Assembly (NCBI GenBank): GCA_028534125.1
Contig: CM052818.1
Coordinates: 47,742,001 to 47,806,000 of the forward strand
From: Lama glama
Lineage: Eukaryota
Direction of reading: 5' to 3'
DNA: 64,000 nucleotides
Positions within the stretch are counted from its first letter, which is position 1; every line of letters starts with the position of its first letter. Below the pieces are notes generated by a model. That model had not been told where the DNA came from. It ran no database searches and saw only the letters and a program-made list of their open reading frames with translations. The translations under genes were made by a program, and so were the position numbers. This document shows, piece after piece, positions 1 through 11,343 of this stretch.

Positions 1-1029
1 GCAGTGGAAGGCCGGGAGGGGAACAGAAGACGAAAGTTAGGGAGCCCTGAAGGTGACTCAGGGCCCAGCTCTGGTGACCTGGGGAGCCCTCTGGGGACTG
101 GGCTGGGCCTGCCCATGGGTCTGCCAGTCCGCAGCCCCACAGGAAGGGACTGAAGGTGACGCTATGCTTTCTGCTCCTCCCCAGGTCCTCCTGCTCCAGG
201 GACCACCCGCCCCCTCCTCCCGAGCCCAGCTGCCTAGAAGGGGAGATTAGGGGAGAAGGCGCCGTCCTCTCCTCTGCAGGGAGGATGCGCTCCTCACCCT
301 CGTGCTTCCAGACAAGCTGCCGGAGAACTGCCGTGTGGAGGACGGCCTCTCTGCTCCAAAGTCACGGAGGACCAAGCGTGAGCATTCAACCAAACCCCGC
401 CTCACCACCAGCACCTCCCGACGAAAGGCAGGACAGAGGCGGTTGTGGCAGGAGGGGTTCACGCGCGGAGCCCGAGTGTCAGGTGTCAGGAACACGAGGG
501 GCTTCTGCTGCATCCACTCAACAAACAGGCACTCACTCCGCCCTGACAGTCTAGGGGACCAGAAGCAGAGGACCACGCATCCTGCGGAGGACTCTTCCTG
601 GAGGTGGAATGTGTTTCTGTGTGGGCGTACGGCACCCGTGTGTGCGCAGAATTTACGAAGGAACGTGAGAGAAGGGGCTGCAAGTATTCGACGTGTGCAG
701 GGTTTGGGGGTGACGAAGTGAGACGTGTGCGACTGCTCAGAATCGGGGACACTGCGGGTTCATGCTAACAGCCAGACACTGTCCCTCCAGCCTCCTCAGG
801 CTGGGCTGTCTCCATCCCAACCCCTGCAGATCGTCCCGTCAAAGGGAGAATCCAAGACTTGCGTTTGCTTTTTATCTCATGATTGAGAAGGGGCCAGGGA
901 AGCCGAGAAGACTACCTATCTGGGTATCCTGGCAAAATCGGGGCAGGGTTCCAGGACCCCGACTGCAGCAGGACCTAGAAGGGCCTCCTGGGAGAGAACA
1001 GGGAGGTCGGATTCAGAGTCCAGTGCATT

Positions 1030-1127
1030 GGGGAGGGTCTAGCTCAGTGGCAGAGCATGTGCTTAACATGCACGAGGTCCTGGGTTCAATCCCCAGTACC
1101 TCCACTAAAAAACAAAGGAAAAATAAA
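1030..1127 (+). mobile_element. tRNA-Ala-derived SINE (camelid vic-1-like)
   Basis: GGGGAGGGTCTAGCTCAGTGGCAGAGCATGTGCTTAACATGCACGAGGTCCTGGGTTCAATCCCCAGTACCTCCA, with A box, B box and A-rich tail. Three more diverged copies in the window. Confidence 0.85.
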
Positions 1128-4100
1128 GTACGCAAAACAAGGAGAGAGGAAGAAGGTCCCTAGTGTCCTTCCTAGGTAGGAAGGTGCTGGGATCCGGGGG
1201 CGTGAGAAGGAAGCCTGGTGCCCGTGACCGAGGGCCTGACCTGCAAATGCCTCCCGGCCGCCCTTCAGCCCTTTGCTAAGTTTCTCAGCAGAGCTGACCC
1301 CAGGAATCAGTGTTTCCTTACACGTGGTTAAAAGAGAAGCATCAGGTTTCGTTGCAAAAACCAAGTGCACGGGAGTCGAGGCACACCCAGAGGATGCTCC
1401 AGAGCGCTCCTCCCCTTTCTGGGCTGCAGTGGCCCGTTTATGAGTCGGAGCCGCCTGCCCACTTCCCAGGATTTATGGAAAGCGAGGTAGCGTTGACGGG
1501 CGTCACTGCGTCACCGTCAATCAGCAGACACCGCTCTTTCACCACGAGGTGAAGCTTTACGGGGACCCTAAATCCAGGGATAAAAATGAAAAGCGTGTGG
1601 GTGGTGCCTGTGGGCAGCGCTGGTGGAGGACCTGAGGGGGGGCACCTTGGGGACACAGTAAAGACCTGACAACCCGGTCCCTACGCTGCTGTCACCGTGG
1701 CAGCTGGAGCCCAGCCCGGTGATGCGTTCTCAGCGCCGGACCTCAAGCCAGCCCCCCTGCAAGCCTGCCTTTCTCATCTAAGAAGCCCAGTGAAGGACAC
1801 ACACCTTCTAGACCCAAAGCTTTCTGCTCCTCGGGTGGCTCCGGCCTCACACAGGAGGCGCACGGCCCCAGGCCCTTCCCTCTGCACATCACCACTGAAG
1901 CACTGCTCCGTAGCCCCACCTTTCTGGCCTGGTGCCCTTCTGGTCCCTGCCAATTATGTCGCTGTGGGAACCTCAGCAAAACCCTCCCATTCCGGCCCCA
2001 TCACACGGCACCCCCTCCTTTGCCTGCCCCACGCTGATGGCTCCATCCATCACGCTTTCTTCAAATGTCTCCCTAAAGCCTGCGGGTAGAATTCACGGCT
2101 CCTGTCTCCCGGCTGTCATCCCTCTGTTTATACTGTAAATACTGCTCTTTCCACCCCAAATACAGCCACCTAGACCCACCTCTCCCCTGCCTGGGGATCG
2201 GAGAGCAGAGACTGAAATCCTTCACCCCCCCCACGAGGTGCCCAGGGCACTCGGCACAGATGGGCATCTGATAAGGGCCGGAGAACGGAAGTGACTAACA
2301 TCCCCGCTGGGCTGTTTTACAAAATGCAAAGCTGACGGGGTTGAAAAGACAAGGAAGTGGAAGCCCATCTCCTCACCAGCAGAGTTTCTGGGTGAGAAAA
2401 CATAACTAAGGTGAAGTTCTGGGTCTTGAAAAACAGACGTTTCACCCTCCTGATCCCTGGGGACCCATTTCTTGACGGGGGAGCCACAGTGCCTCACGTC
2501 TTTGAGCCCCAAGGCTCCTCAAACTTTGGAATCAGGAGATCCCTTCCAATGATGGGAGCTTCAGGCTGGACACTGCTTTGTCAGCAATAAAACCACATAA
2601 ACATTTTAACGCTGCAGAATGCTTCAAGTACAGGGAGACCACGATGGCCTGGATATGTTTCAATTAAGCATAAAACATCTTGCATATTTCAGACTCTGGA
2701 GCACGGGGGACCTCCCAGGCCACCAGACACACGGGTCGTGTCACAGACTGACACACTGGAAATGGGACTGGCTCTCCCTGGAGGCACTCAGCTCACTTTG
2801 ACATAAGTGCCAGCAACCCTTTCTCTCCTCCCAGTACTTCTGCAAAGAAGGTGTTGGTTGAATTTAACACTTTGTATTTTTGCACACAAATCTGCATGTT
2901 TAAATTCGGCCCTTTAAAGTTTTGTTTTCACTCTCAGCCAAAACTTGACTGTTGGCGCTACCAGGTAGCTGTCACACGCCCAGGCCCCTGAAACGTAGTG
3001 TCACACCTGGAACGCACACGGGGCTCGGAGGGTCCCTGCAGTCACGGAGACCCTCAGGCTGGGGCACCGCTCTCCCTCCCTGCTGACCCCAGTGCATAAC
3101 CTCCATGACCTCTGAACTCACCCTAAAGCCACCAGGCGCCCAATAAGCAAGGAAACGCCCCGGAACACGTGTCAGGATTTTGCCACATCAGTAATGATAG
3201 GCTGACATTTCTCATGCTCGAGTAATCTGGGGAGATGCAGGTGAAATCAGCGCTGTCCCCAGCGTGATTTCTTGGGGTTTTCTTCCTGCTCTTGGGCACC
3301 TGGAGGGCCCTGGTGGGGGTACAGAGAGGCCCATGGCATGCGGGGTTCAGCAAACCCACTGAACCACAAGGATCGTTTGAGTGCATCCTCGAGAACAAAT
3401 GTCCCTCTGGATACACACCTGGGGAAGACTCCCCGAAGCTCTTTTTGGTTCCTGCGGCTCTGAGCCCAAAGGTAGAAGCAAGAGGAGAAGGGTCTGGGCC
3501 TGCACCACGCTGGCCACGTGGCATGTCCTTGTCACACACTGCTCCACGTGAACCTCGGGGTGAACCACATTTGGCTCCACGATCCACATGAGGCCCGGGA
3601 GGGCGGCCGGGTCGGCAACGGTGTCTCCTTCCCAGGTCTGACCCCAGGAAAAGGACAGTGGCGCTCTGTGGGCCCTGGGCCGTGCCTCTGCCCAGGCTGG
3701 GGGCCCCGAGGCCGACACGGAGGGGAGGCAGGAGACGGAAGCGCAGGGGCGCCCCCCCCGCCTGAACCCCACAGGTGTTTCCTGCGCTCCCCGCTGCTGC
3801 GAGCTACAGACGCAAGCAGCCCGGTCTCAACATCTCGCTTTTTAATAAATGGTTGTGAAAAAAGAATCCCACCTGCATCTGGAGCGCCCGGCCACCCCTC
3901 TTTGAGAAAACAGGGTCATTTTCCTCTTCACAGTCCCTGACTTAAATTAAGCGTTTGATCTGAACTGGCCATGCTTTACTTTTACTCCGATCCTCTAGAA
4001 ATAGAAACCCAAACAAGGGCGACAGTAAACGAAAGGCTGCGTGAAGCCAGGCGGGGAAAGGACAAGTCCTGGTCTCGAGAGGCCACCCCTCCCCCGCGAC

Positions 4101-5604
4101 AGCTCAGAGGGGACAGCGGGGAGTCAGCTCGCCCACAGGCACGTGAGGGAAAAGCCGGGCCGGCCTCCTAGTAAATCTAAGTGCAGCAAGTGTCGGATTA
4201 CTGACCTGCGTTCTGCTGGGCTAACTCGTAAATCGAAGTTAGTAAGTGTCGGTTTGCTGATTCCCTGCTCATGTTTATTTTGCAAGCCAGCTGGATTCTC
4301 AAAGAGACGTATCTGGCCTTGAAATGCTGGTTTGCTGCCTCCCGGCCTCCACTTTTGTGATGATGCTGCTGCTAAAGCTGTTCCATGCCTACTGGCCGAA
4401 CACCCCAAGCTTGGACTTTACCCTATAAAACCTCATGCGCACGTCTTGGAGGTGCTCAGAGCTTCGGAGCAGAAGCCCCTCTGAGCCCGCCGGCGTAATA
4501 CATCTGAGTACTCCAACCCTCCGAGTGGTGCTTGCTTCTTCCTGGCCTGTCACTTCCGTAACAGGCACACCTGTGGAAGGGAATCCATCCGCCTGGTTCA
4601 CTGCAGGGAAACTTCCCTTCAGGCACGAAGGAGGCACTTTTGCACAATGGGAATTGTTTAATCCCGCCCCACATGCTAGACCATCCCGGCTCATCCTCTA
4701 GAACTGAGAAGCCCCACTGTGTGCACAGCGGCAGGCTCACCCGCCCACCACCCCTGGGGCTCTGTCCCTCCCATCCTTCCCCACCTCAGAAAATGCCCAA
4801 AGCCATGTCCTGTGCAGAGATCAAGCTGCTCTCCTGGGGCTTTAATGAGGCGCATTTCCTGGCTGCCAAGCCCGCTGCTGAGGCTGACCCAGCAGCCTTG
4901 ACTGAGTATCTGTCATGGGTCCTGCAGTGAACCAGGTGTTTGGGGGACAGAATTCTGCCCTCGGAAAGCCGGAGTCTAGCATAAAGGGAGATGCAGACTT
5001 AAATGCCTGCAAAGCTCTGTCTCCTTATCTGATAAATGCAGATGAAGGTATGGGACGTGCCCACGTCCCAAGGAGACCAGGAGACAAGTAGAAAAAGGTT
5101 GCAAAGTTTGGGCAGGAAGGAAGAAGTCTCTGAAAATCAGGAGGAGACTGTCGGGGCACAGAACCTAATCAGACTCTGAACAACACACAGACAGGTCGTC
5201 CAGATGGTCCATTTATAACAACACTTCTATTCAGGAACAACTCTTTGAGTTTTTTATAGTTTGTGGAAAATATTTTTTCCTGGACTTTTTTTGTATTCTT
5301 TGAATAGGAAGAAAAATCAAGTAAAACTAAATGAGACAACCTTAAAATAAATCCTATACTCTCATTTTTTTTCTGATGGGTAAAATGTTGGGTCTGAGTT
5401 AGGCCTGATGCAAACAGAAGTCCCTCCCTGTACGCATGGAGAGCAGGTCATTTGGCCCCAGACAAATTCAAACATGATTTCAAGATGCATATTTTCCAGT
5501 TTAGCACCAAACCAGTGAACGCTAACATGGACTACAGGACAGTATGCGGTTAACACTCAGCCGTAATCGTTCAACTGAATTTAAAGTGAGTTGTTTCTAA
5601 GATA

Positions 5605-5832
5605 GGCATTACCATATACAAAACAGATAAACAATAAGGACCTACTGTGTCGCACAGAGAACTATATTCAATCTCTTATAATAATATATAATGGAAAAGA
5701 ATCTGAAAATTGTGTGTGTGTGTATATATATATGCATATATACGTATAACTGAATAACTTTACTGTACACCTGAAACTAACATTGTAAATCAACTACACT
5801 TCAATAAAAAATAAAATTAAAAAAAATAAATA
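5605..5832 (+). mobile_element. L1 3' UTR end fragment
   Basis: Matches the 3' end of the L1 at 21360-21607 (gataaacaa...ctatattcaa...tgtaaatcaactacacttcaataaaa). Confidence 0.85.
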
Positions 5833-5836
5833 AGGA

Positions 5837-5975
5837 GGGTGAGGGTGTAGCTCAGTGGTAGAGTGCCCAGCATACTGAGGTCCTGCATTCAATCCCTGAT
5901 ACTTCCACTAAAACAAAAATGAATAATATAATTACCTCCCCCCAAAAGAGATAAATAATAAATAAAAATTAAAAA
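5837..5975 (+). mobile_element. tRNA-derived SINE (vic-1-like), diverged
   Basis: gagggtgtagctcagtggtagagtg...gaggtcctgcattcaatccc, followed by the taattacctccccccaaaa tail shared with the copies at 11213 and 36834. Confidence 0.8.
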
Positions 5976-6034
5976 TAAAATTGTTGCACAGAACAGTTAA
6001 AAATAAATAAATAAATAATAAAAATTAAAAATAC

Positions 6035-6203
6035 ACCACAACAGGAAACTATATTCAATTTCTTGTAATAACAGACAATGGAAAAGAATATTAAAAAATG
6101 CATGTAAATGTATAACTGAATTGCTTTGCTGCACACCTGCAACAAACATTGTAAATCAAGTATACTTCAATAAAAAGAATTTTTTAAATAAGTAAAATAA
6201 AAA
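6035..6203 (+). mobile_element. Second L1 3' UTR end fragment
   Basis: ggaaactatattcaa...tataactgaa...tgtaaatcaagtatacttcaataaaaa, homologous to 5605-5832. Confidence 0.8.
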
Positions 6204-6481
6204 TCATCTTCCCCTAAAACGTGAGTTCTAAACTACGTTACTAACTTCCAAAATTCTGTTTAACTGATTACTTTTGCACCAAGAGCACCTGCAACAGAAC
6301 CTGCCTGGGGAGCCCGACTGGCAAAGAGAATCCCTCCCATTACTGCGTACATGCATCACAAAGGGGCGCCCTCTCCAGGCAAGAGGGCGGGCGGAGGGTT
6401 GCGTGGTGTTGCCAAACGTGGCCGACCGCAAAGGGCTCATCCCGAAATCAGTTTAAACCGATGTTTTTCTCCAAGACCCAC

Positions 6482-6616
6482 CAGGGTACAGAAGACGCAC
6501 TGGCACTGGGCTATGGTCGTCATCTGCTCCACCGGGTACTCCCCGAGACACAGCTTGCAGGACACCAGCGGGTCGAGGGCCAGGTCCCACGTGGGCCGGT
6601 ACCGCGCTGTGGTCAT
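6482..6616 (-). CDS. RNF144A: First coding exon of RING finger protein 144A (RBR E3 ubiquitin ligase), residues 1-45, N-terminal part of RING1; partial CDS
   Basis: Translates to MTTARYRPTWDLALDPLVSCKLCLGEYPVEQMTTIAQCQCVFCTL, which I recognise as the RNF144A N-terminus (CxxC...CxCxxC zinc ligands). ATG at 6616-6614 in gccATG context. Phase-0 donor CTG|GTGGGT at 6482/6481. The next coding exon (expected CLKQYVELLIKEG...) was not found in 1-6481. Confidence 0.96.
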
Positions 6617-6627
6617 GGCAGAGCAGT
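6617..6627 (-). other. RNF144A: 5' UTR portion of the first coding exon (11 nt) after a splice acceptor
   Basis: Minus strand reads cctgtgctgctctcgtttcag|ACTGCTCTGCCATG: pyrimidine tract and AG at 6629-6628, so upstream non-coding exon(s) must exist. Confidence 0.85.
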
Positions 6628-7897
6628 CTGAAACGAGAGCAGCACAGGCCGTCAGCCCCCTCGTGGCCTCCACCACCACCCCGGCGGGGATCACCTCCGG
6701 CTGAAACTGGGGCCCTGGGGGAGGCCAAGTGACCCCCGAGGGGCCGGGGTCTTACGGTCCTCATCTGGATCCCCTGAGAAGTTCTGGCCAGAGGTCTCCG
6801 ACCTGGGTCTGTGGGTGATGCCTTTCCCACACGGATGGTAATATTCATGTTCACACTCAGAATGGCCAGTAATCCACCGTCTACATCCTTCCCTCCACCC
6901 CTGTGATGGGGACGTGGAAGACGCCTCCCACCCACCGCGCACCCAGCTCGGGAACCTCAGCAACCCAGCAAGAGAAGCTTCTGTTAAAACAGTTACTGAT
7001 CAGATCAAACTGGGGGCGGGGAGAGTACCTGCCACTCAGGAAGAGACTGTGCGGTGATTCTGAGAACACACAGAGGAGGGAAGACAGGATGACATGTGAC
7101 CTGGGCATGTGAGTGGTGTGAGGGGGAGAACCGGACCTATCAGAGCTCACGCCAGGGAGGGAGTTATTGAATTTCAGCTGGAATTGACACTGGGGTGAAG
7201 GAAAGGGAAGCTGCGTTCGGGGCTGGGGCTGGGGCTGGGGGGTGAATCCAGCCCCCTCCCCGGCCAGTTAATGACTGAGCAACTTAGCCTAAAGCAAGTG
7301 CACTTTCTGCTGTTAGAAAACAACTGACACAAATTCAAGCAATTTTTGGATCGGTCGGAGCCTTCCAGACAATTTAAACAAGCACCATAAACTGACCTGA
7401 AGCCAAAGGGACCAGAACACTTCAGTGATTCAGGGGGTCACTCGGCGATCTGGGGTGCAGTGGAATCGACACTTCTCACCTCCCTGAGTCCATTTTCATT
7501 TGGAACACCTCCCTGCACCATGAATTCACCTTTATTATTATTATTCTAAATCTCTGCAGGGTTTTCTGGATCCTGGGCTCACGGGCCAAGACTTTTTTCC
7601 TTTATATTTCTCTGTACCTTTTTCTGTTTTAATCCTTAATAGCTCTTCAAGCTCACAGTACAGGGTGCTGACTGTGTTTTGATTAAGAATGGTAGCTAGG
7701 CCTCACAGGGATCACAAACCTTTACTGGAAGCATTGAGAAATCGCTTAAGGTTGGAAACGGCCCCAGGTGGGCAGAGGCTGCTCGACTGACCTCTCCGAC
7801 CTGGAGAGCTGGGACCAGCGGCCGCGAGCACTGCCCGGAAAGCCTGTGCTCCAGACGCCGCGGGGCACCAAGCAGCAGAGGCCACGTTCTGTCACCA

Positions 7898-8090
7898 GCA
7901 GACCTGAGTTCAAACTCCCGTTCTCCCTCTTGGCCGTGTGATGCTGGAGAAATTACTCAGCCTCTATGAACTTGAGTATTTTCCGCTGTAAAACTTAGGC
8001 ACCATGGCCTCCCATGGGCCCTTGTGAAATATGAGTGAGAAATAACATATTTAAAATCACCGGGCCATACTAGTTGCTTGGTAAGTAGAG
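7898..8090 (+). mobile_element. MIR SINE remnant
   Basis: gacctgagttcaaactccc...tgtgatgctggagaaattactcagcctctatgaacttgagtattttccgctgtaaaa resembles the MIR core. Confidence 0.6.
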
Positions 8091-9664
8091 GTCGTTATAA
8101 TACGTCGGGTTTAAGAACCTGGACATTAACCCACATAGAGAGGGAAGAAAGAGAGGGGGAAAAGACAGGTGAAAAGTTGCTGAGCCCAGAGACGACGTGA
8201 TGGATTCAGTCTCCTAGGAAATGCGCACCGACGGCCGTTATCTTTGGAAGAAGCAAACACCAAAACCTCAGAGGCCTCCTGCTTCATCATCCGCTGGGCA
8301 GTGCGCTCAGAGGCTGGGCATCACCCCAGACGTGCTGCAGAGTGGCAGAAGTCTGGGCTCGCCCCTTCAACACAGTCCTTGAAGCCTGAGCCCTGCCCTC
8401 ACTGTCAGCTCCGGGCAGGGGACATCACCCCTCGCTCTTCTGCCCCCTCAGCCACTTCCTGCCTCTCACCTGGACCCCAGGCAATCCTCCCTCCTCCAGC
8501 TTCTAAGCTTGGCTCCCTTTCCTGTTTACAGCCTCTCCAAAGGCATGACCCTCGGCTCAGCCTGCAGGGCCTGACCTCTTGCTTCCTTTCTTCCTGGACC
8601 GTGATTTCCATTTGACTTCGAGACAGCGCTGCTTCCCGCTGGCCTGGGCGCAGGTCAGCCTCGGCCCCTCACCTCCCAGCCCCGTGAGCGAGCCTTGAAG
8701 CAGGTCAGACACGACTTCCTGGCATTTGTCAGTACTCTTCCTCTGCAGAGCAGACATTCTCGGAGGTGAGCTCACAGTCAGGATTCAGCGGTAAAAACAA
8801 TAGGAGATACTTTACACAGTGCACATTGTCTAAGCCCACCACGACCTTCCCTACTCACAGGATGGGCCGGTTATGATTTTGCAAACACTGAGCAGCTGCA
8901 AACTTGAAATAGGAATTTGCTATGAGAATCACAATGCACAATAAGGGGGAAAAAACTGTCTATGTTTTCCTAACGTGAATGTCAAGTCAAATGAAACAGC
9001 AAACTATTTTAAGAACATCTGGTCAATGATAAGTATTATTCAATCTAGGCAACTCAAAATGTTTACAAGGCAAGTTACTTATTAAGCACGACCGGGTTAT
9101 GCAAAGAGGGGGAACTGTGATGAAAGAGGTTTACAAGGATGAGAAAGAGCTGGAAGGGAAAGGAGTCCACTGAGGGAGATATTCTTAAGGGTGAGATGCG
9201 GTTGTCTAGCCAGAACCATCCCACCCCTGGGCCCTAGGGCTGTGCCTCCTGCAGGTCCCTATTCGCCACCTTCACCCCTTCAGAGCGAAGCAGGGAAGGG
9301 AAACCCAGCCAGGTGTCAGCCAGTCACCGCCCCCTTCCACTCTCAGGACTTCCCCCAACAAGCCCCTGCTGTCCCAAAAGGGCCAGGGCATGCCCGTGGG
9401 CCCTCCCCAGCCCAGCCCCCTCCCCTTGCTCCCCTCTTCTCCAAACCCTCCCGACCCGCCACTCCCAGCATCGTCCCAGTTTCTCCAAAACTCAACTCTC
9501 ACCCCTTTCTTGGAGTCTCTGCTGCCTCCCCCAGAGGAGGCGATGCCTGCAGCTCAGTGGTAAAAACAACTGCTTTCAGCAGCTAGACTCCCAGGTGTTC
9601 ACCCACCAATGTGACCCCTGCACGTGGGTGCGCATGGCAGCGTTATTCATGATCGCCAGAACAC

Positions 9665-10164
9665 NNNNNNNNNNNNNNNNNNNNNNNNNNNNNNNNNNNN
9701 NNNNNNNNNNNNNNNNNNNNNNNNNNNNNNNNNNNNNNNNNNNNNNNNNNNNNNNNNNNNNNNNNNNNNNNNNNNNNNNNNNNNNNNNNNNNNNNNNNNN
9801 NNNNNNNNNNNNNNNNNNNNNNNNNNNNNNNNNNNNNNNNNNNNNNNNNNNNNNNNNNNNNNNNNNNNNNNNNNNNNNNNNNNNNNNNNNNNNNNNNNNN
9901 NNNNNNNNNNNNNNNNNNNNNNNNNNNNNNNNNNNNNNNNNNNNNNNNNNNNNNNNNNNNNNNNNNNNNNNNNNNNNNNNNNNNNNNNNNNNNNNNNNNN
10001 NNNNNNNNNNNNNNNNNNNNNNNNNNNNNNNNNNNNNNNNNNNNNNNNNNNNNNNNNNNNNNNNNNNNNNNNNNNNNNNNNNNNNNNNNNNNNNNNNNNN
10101 NNNNNNNNNNNNNNNNNNNNNNNNNNNNNNNNNNNNNNNNNNNNNNNNNNNNNNNNNNNNNNNN
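9665..10164. other. Assembly gap (500 N)
   Basis: Run of exactly 500 N. Confidence 0.99.
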
Positions 10165-10561
10165 GCAGCAGCCGAGACGTCCTTCAACAAGGAAATGGAA
10201 AAATAACCCGTGTTACATGCAGACCACAGAGTACCTTTCAGGGCTACAAAGAAATGAGCTATCAAGCCACGAAGAGACACAGAGGAATCTTCAGCACGTG
10301 TTACCAAGTGCAAGAAGCCAATCTGCAAGCAGCCAGACTGTGGGATTAAACCTCTGTGACATTCTGGAAAAGGCAAATTTAGGGAGACAGTAAGAAGATC
10401 AGTGGTCGCCGGACGGGGAGAAAAAGATAGACAGGCCTAGCACAGGGGAGACTTTAGGTCAGAGAAACCCATCAGCGTGAGGTTGTCACGGTGGAGGCGT
10501 GACATCAGACGTTTGCCAAAACCACAGAATGTACAGCACCAAGAGCGGACCCCAGGGCAGA

Positions 10562-10905
10562 TGGCGCGGACAGCACTGTGTGCCCCTCCGAAGTCCACAC
10601 GTTACAGCCCACCCTCGAGGTAACTGCATGTCCTGGCGAGGCGATTAAGGTCAGATGAGGTCCTAGGGGTGGGGCTGTGACCTTTTAAAAGAGGAAGATC
10701 TCAGTGTCTCTCTGCTACACGGGAGGATTAGGGTAGAAGACAGTCACCTATCAGCCACAATGACAGTCCTTACCGGAGCCTGAGGAGAACCCAACCCTGC
10801 GGGCACCCTGATCTCGGGCTTCTGGCCTCTAGAATTGTGGGAAAATAAAGTTCTGTGCTTCAGTGCCCAGCCTGTGGCATGTCGTTATGGCCACCCGGCA
10901 ATGCA
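10562..10905 (+). mobile_element. MaLR solo LTR (MLT1A-like)
   Basis: gattaaggtcagatgaggtc...gaacccaaccctgcgggcaccctgatctcgggcttctggcctctagaattgtgggaaaataaag...gttatggc is typical of the MLT1 3' half. Confidence 0.75.
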
Positions 10906-11212
10906 GCGAACTACGGCTCCAAGTGAGGGCGATGCGTCAAGGCAGGGTCATCGAGGTGACAGACGCTCCCTGGCGGGGGGCGGGGGTCAGTGGGGGTGGG
11001 GACTGCCTGTGTGGGGATGGGGGCTATGGGGGGGAGCTCTGCACCTCCCCCTCAGCTTTGCCCTGAACCTGAAACTCGTCTGCATGGTAACGCCCTAGAC
11101 TTTTTGCATCTTTCTGCTTCTTTCTGAGTTTTCTAAATCTCCATCCAAATCTGCTAACCTGTATCTCAACTGAAAACCAAATCTGTAAATCTAAATGTAA
11201 ACTGCCCTTAGA

Positions 11213-11343
11213 GGGGAGGGTACAGCTCAGTGGTAGAGTGTGTGCCTAGCATACACGAGGTCCTGGGTTCAAACCCCAGCACCTCTGTTAAAAATAAATA
11301 GATAAATAAACCTAATTACTAACCACCCCCCCAAAAAATAAAA
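11213..11343 (+). mobile_element. tRNA-Ala-derived SINE (vic-1-like)
   Basis: ggggagggtacagctcagtggtagagtgtgtgcctagcatacacgaggtcctgggttcaaaccccagc plus A-rich tail. Flanked by TSD-like taaactgccct / taaactgctct. Confidence 0.88.

Larger units (their letters stand above)
9570..11080 (+). mobile_element. Ancient L1 3' region (L1MC-like), interrupted by the N-gap and an MLT1 LTR
   Basis: gaaatgagctatcaagccacgaagagac...gacattctggaaaaggcaaa...gagacagtaagaagatcagtggt resembles the L1MC 3' UTR. The element resumes after the LTR at about 10906 (...cagctttgccctgaacctgaaact). Confidence 0.75.

Noticed and set aside
1030..1104. tRNA-Ala gene (also at 5837, 11213 and 36834)
   Set aside because: Imperfect stems, differing anticodon loops, shared A-rich tails and TSDs show these are SINE copies, not tRNA genes.
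6437..6694. 85-aa ORF as an N- and C-terminally extended RNF144A
   Set aside because: The extensions run through the splice acceptor (6629-6628) and donor (6481-6480) into intron. Only 6482-6616 is coding.
9313..10376. Long ORFs of 241-297 aa
   Set aside because: Artefacts of translating through 500 N.
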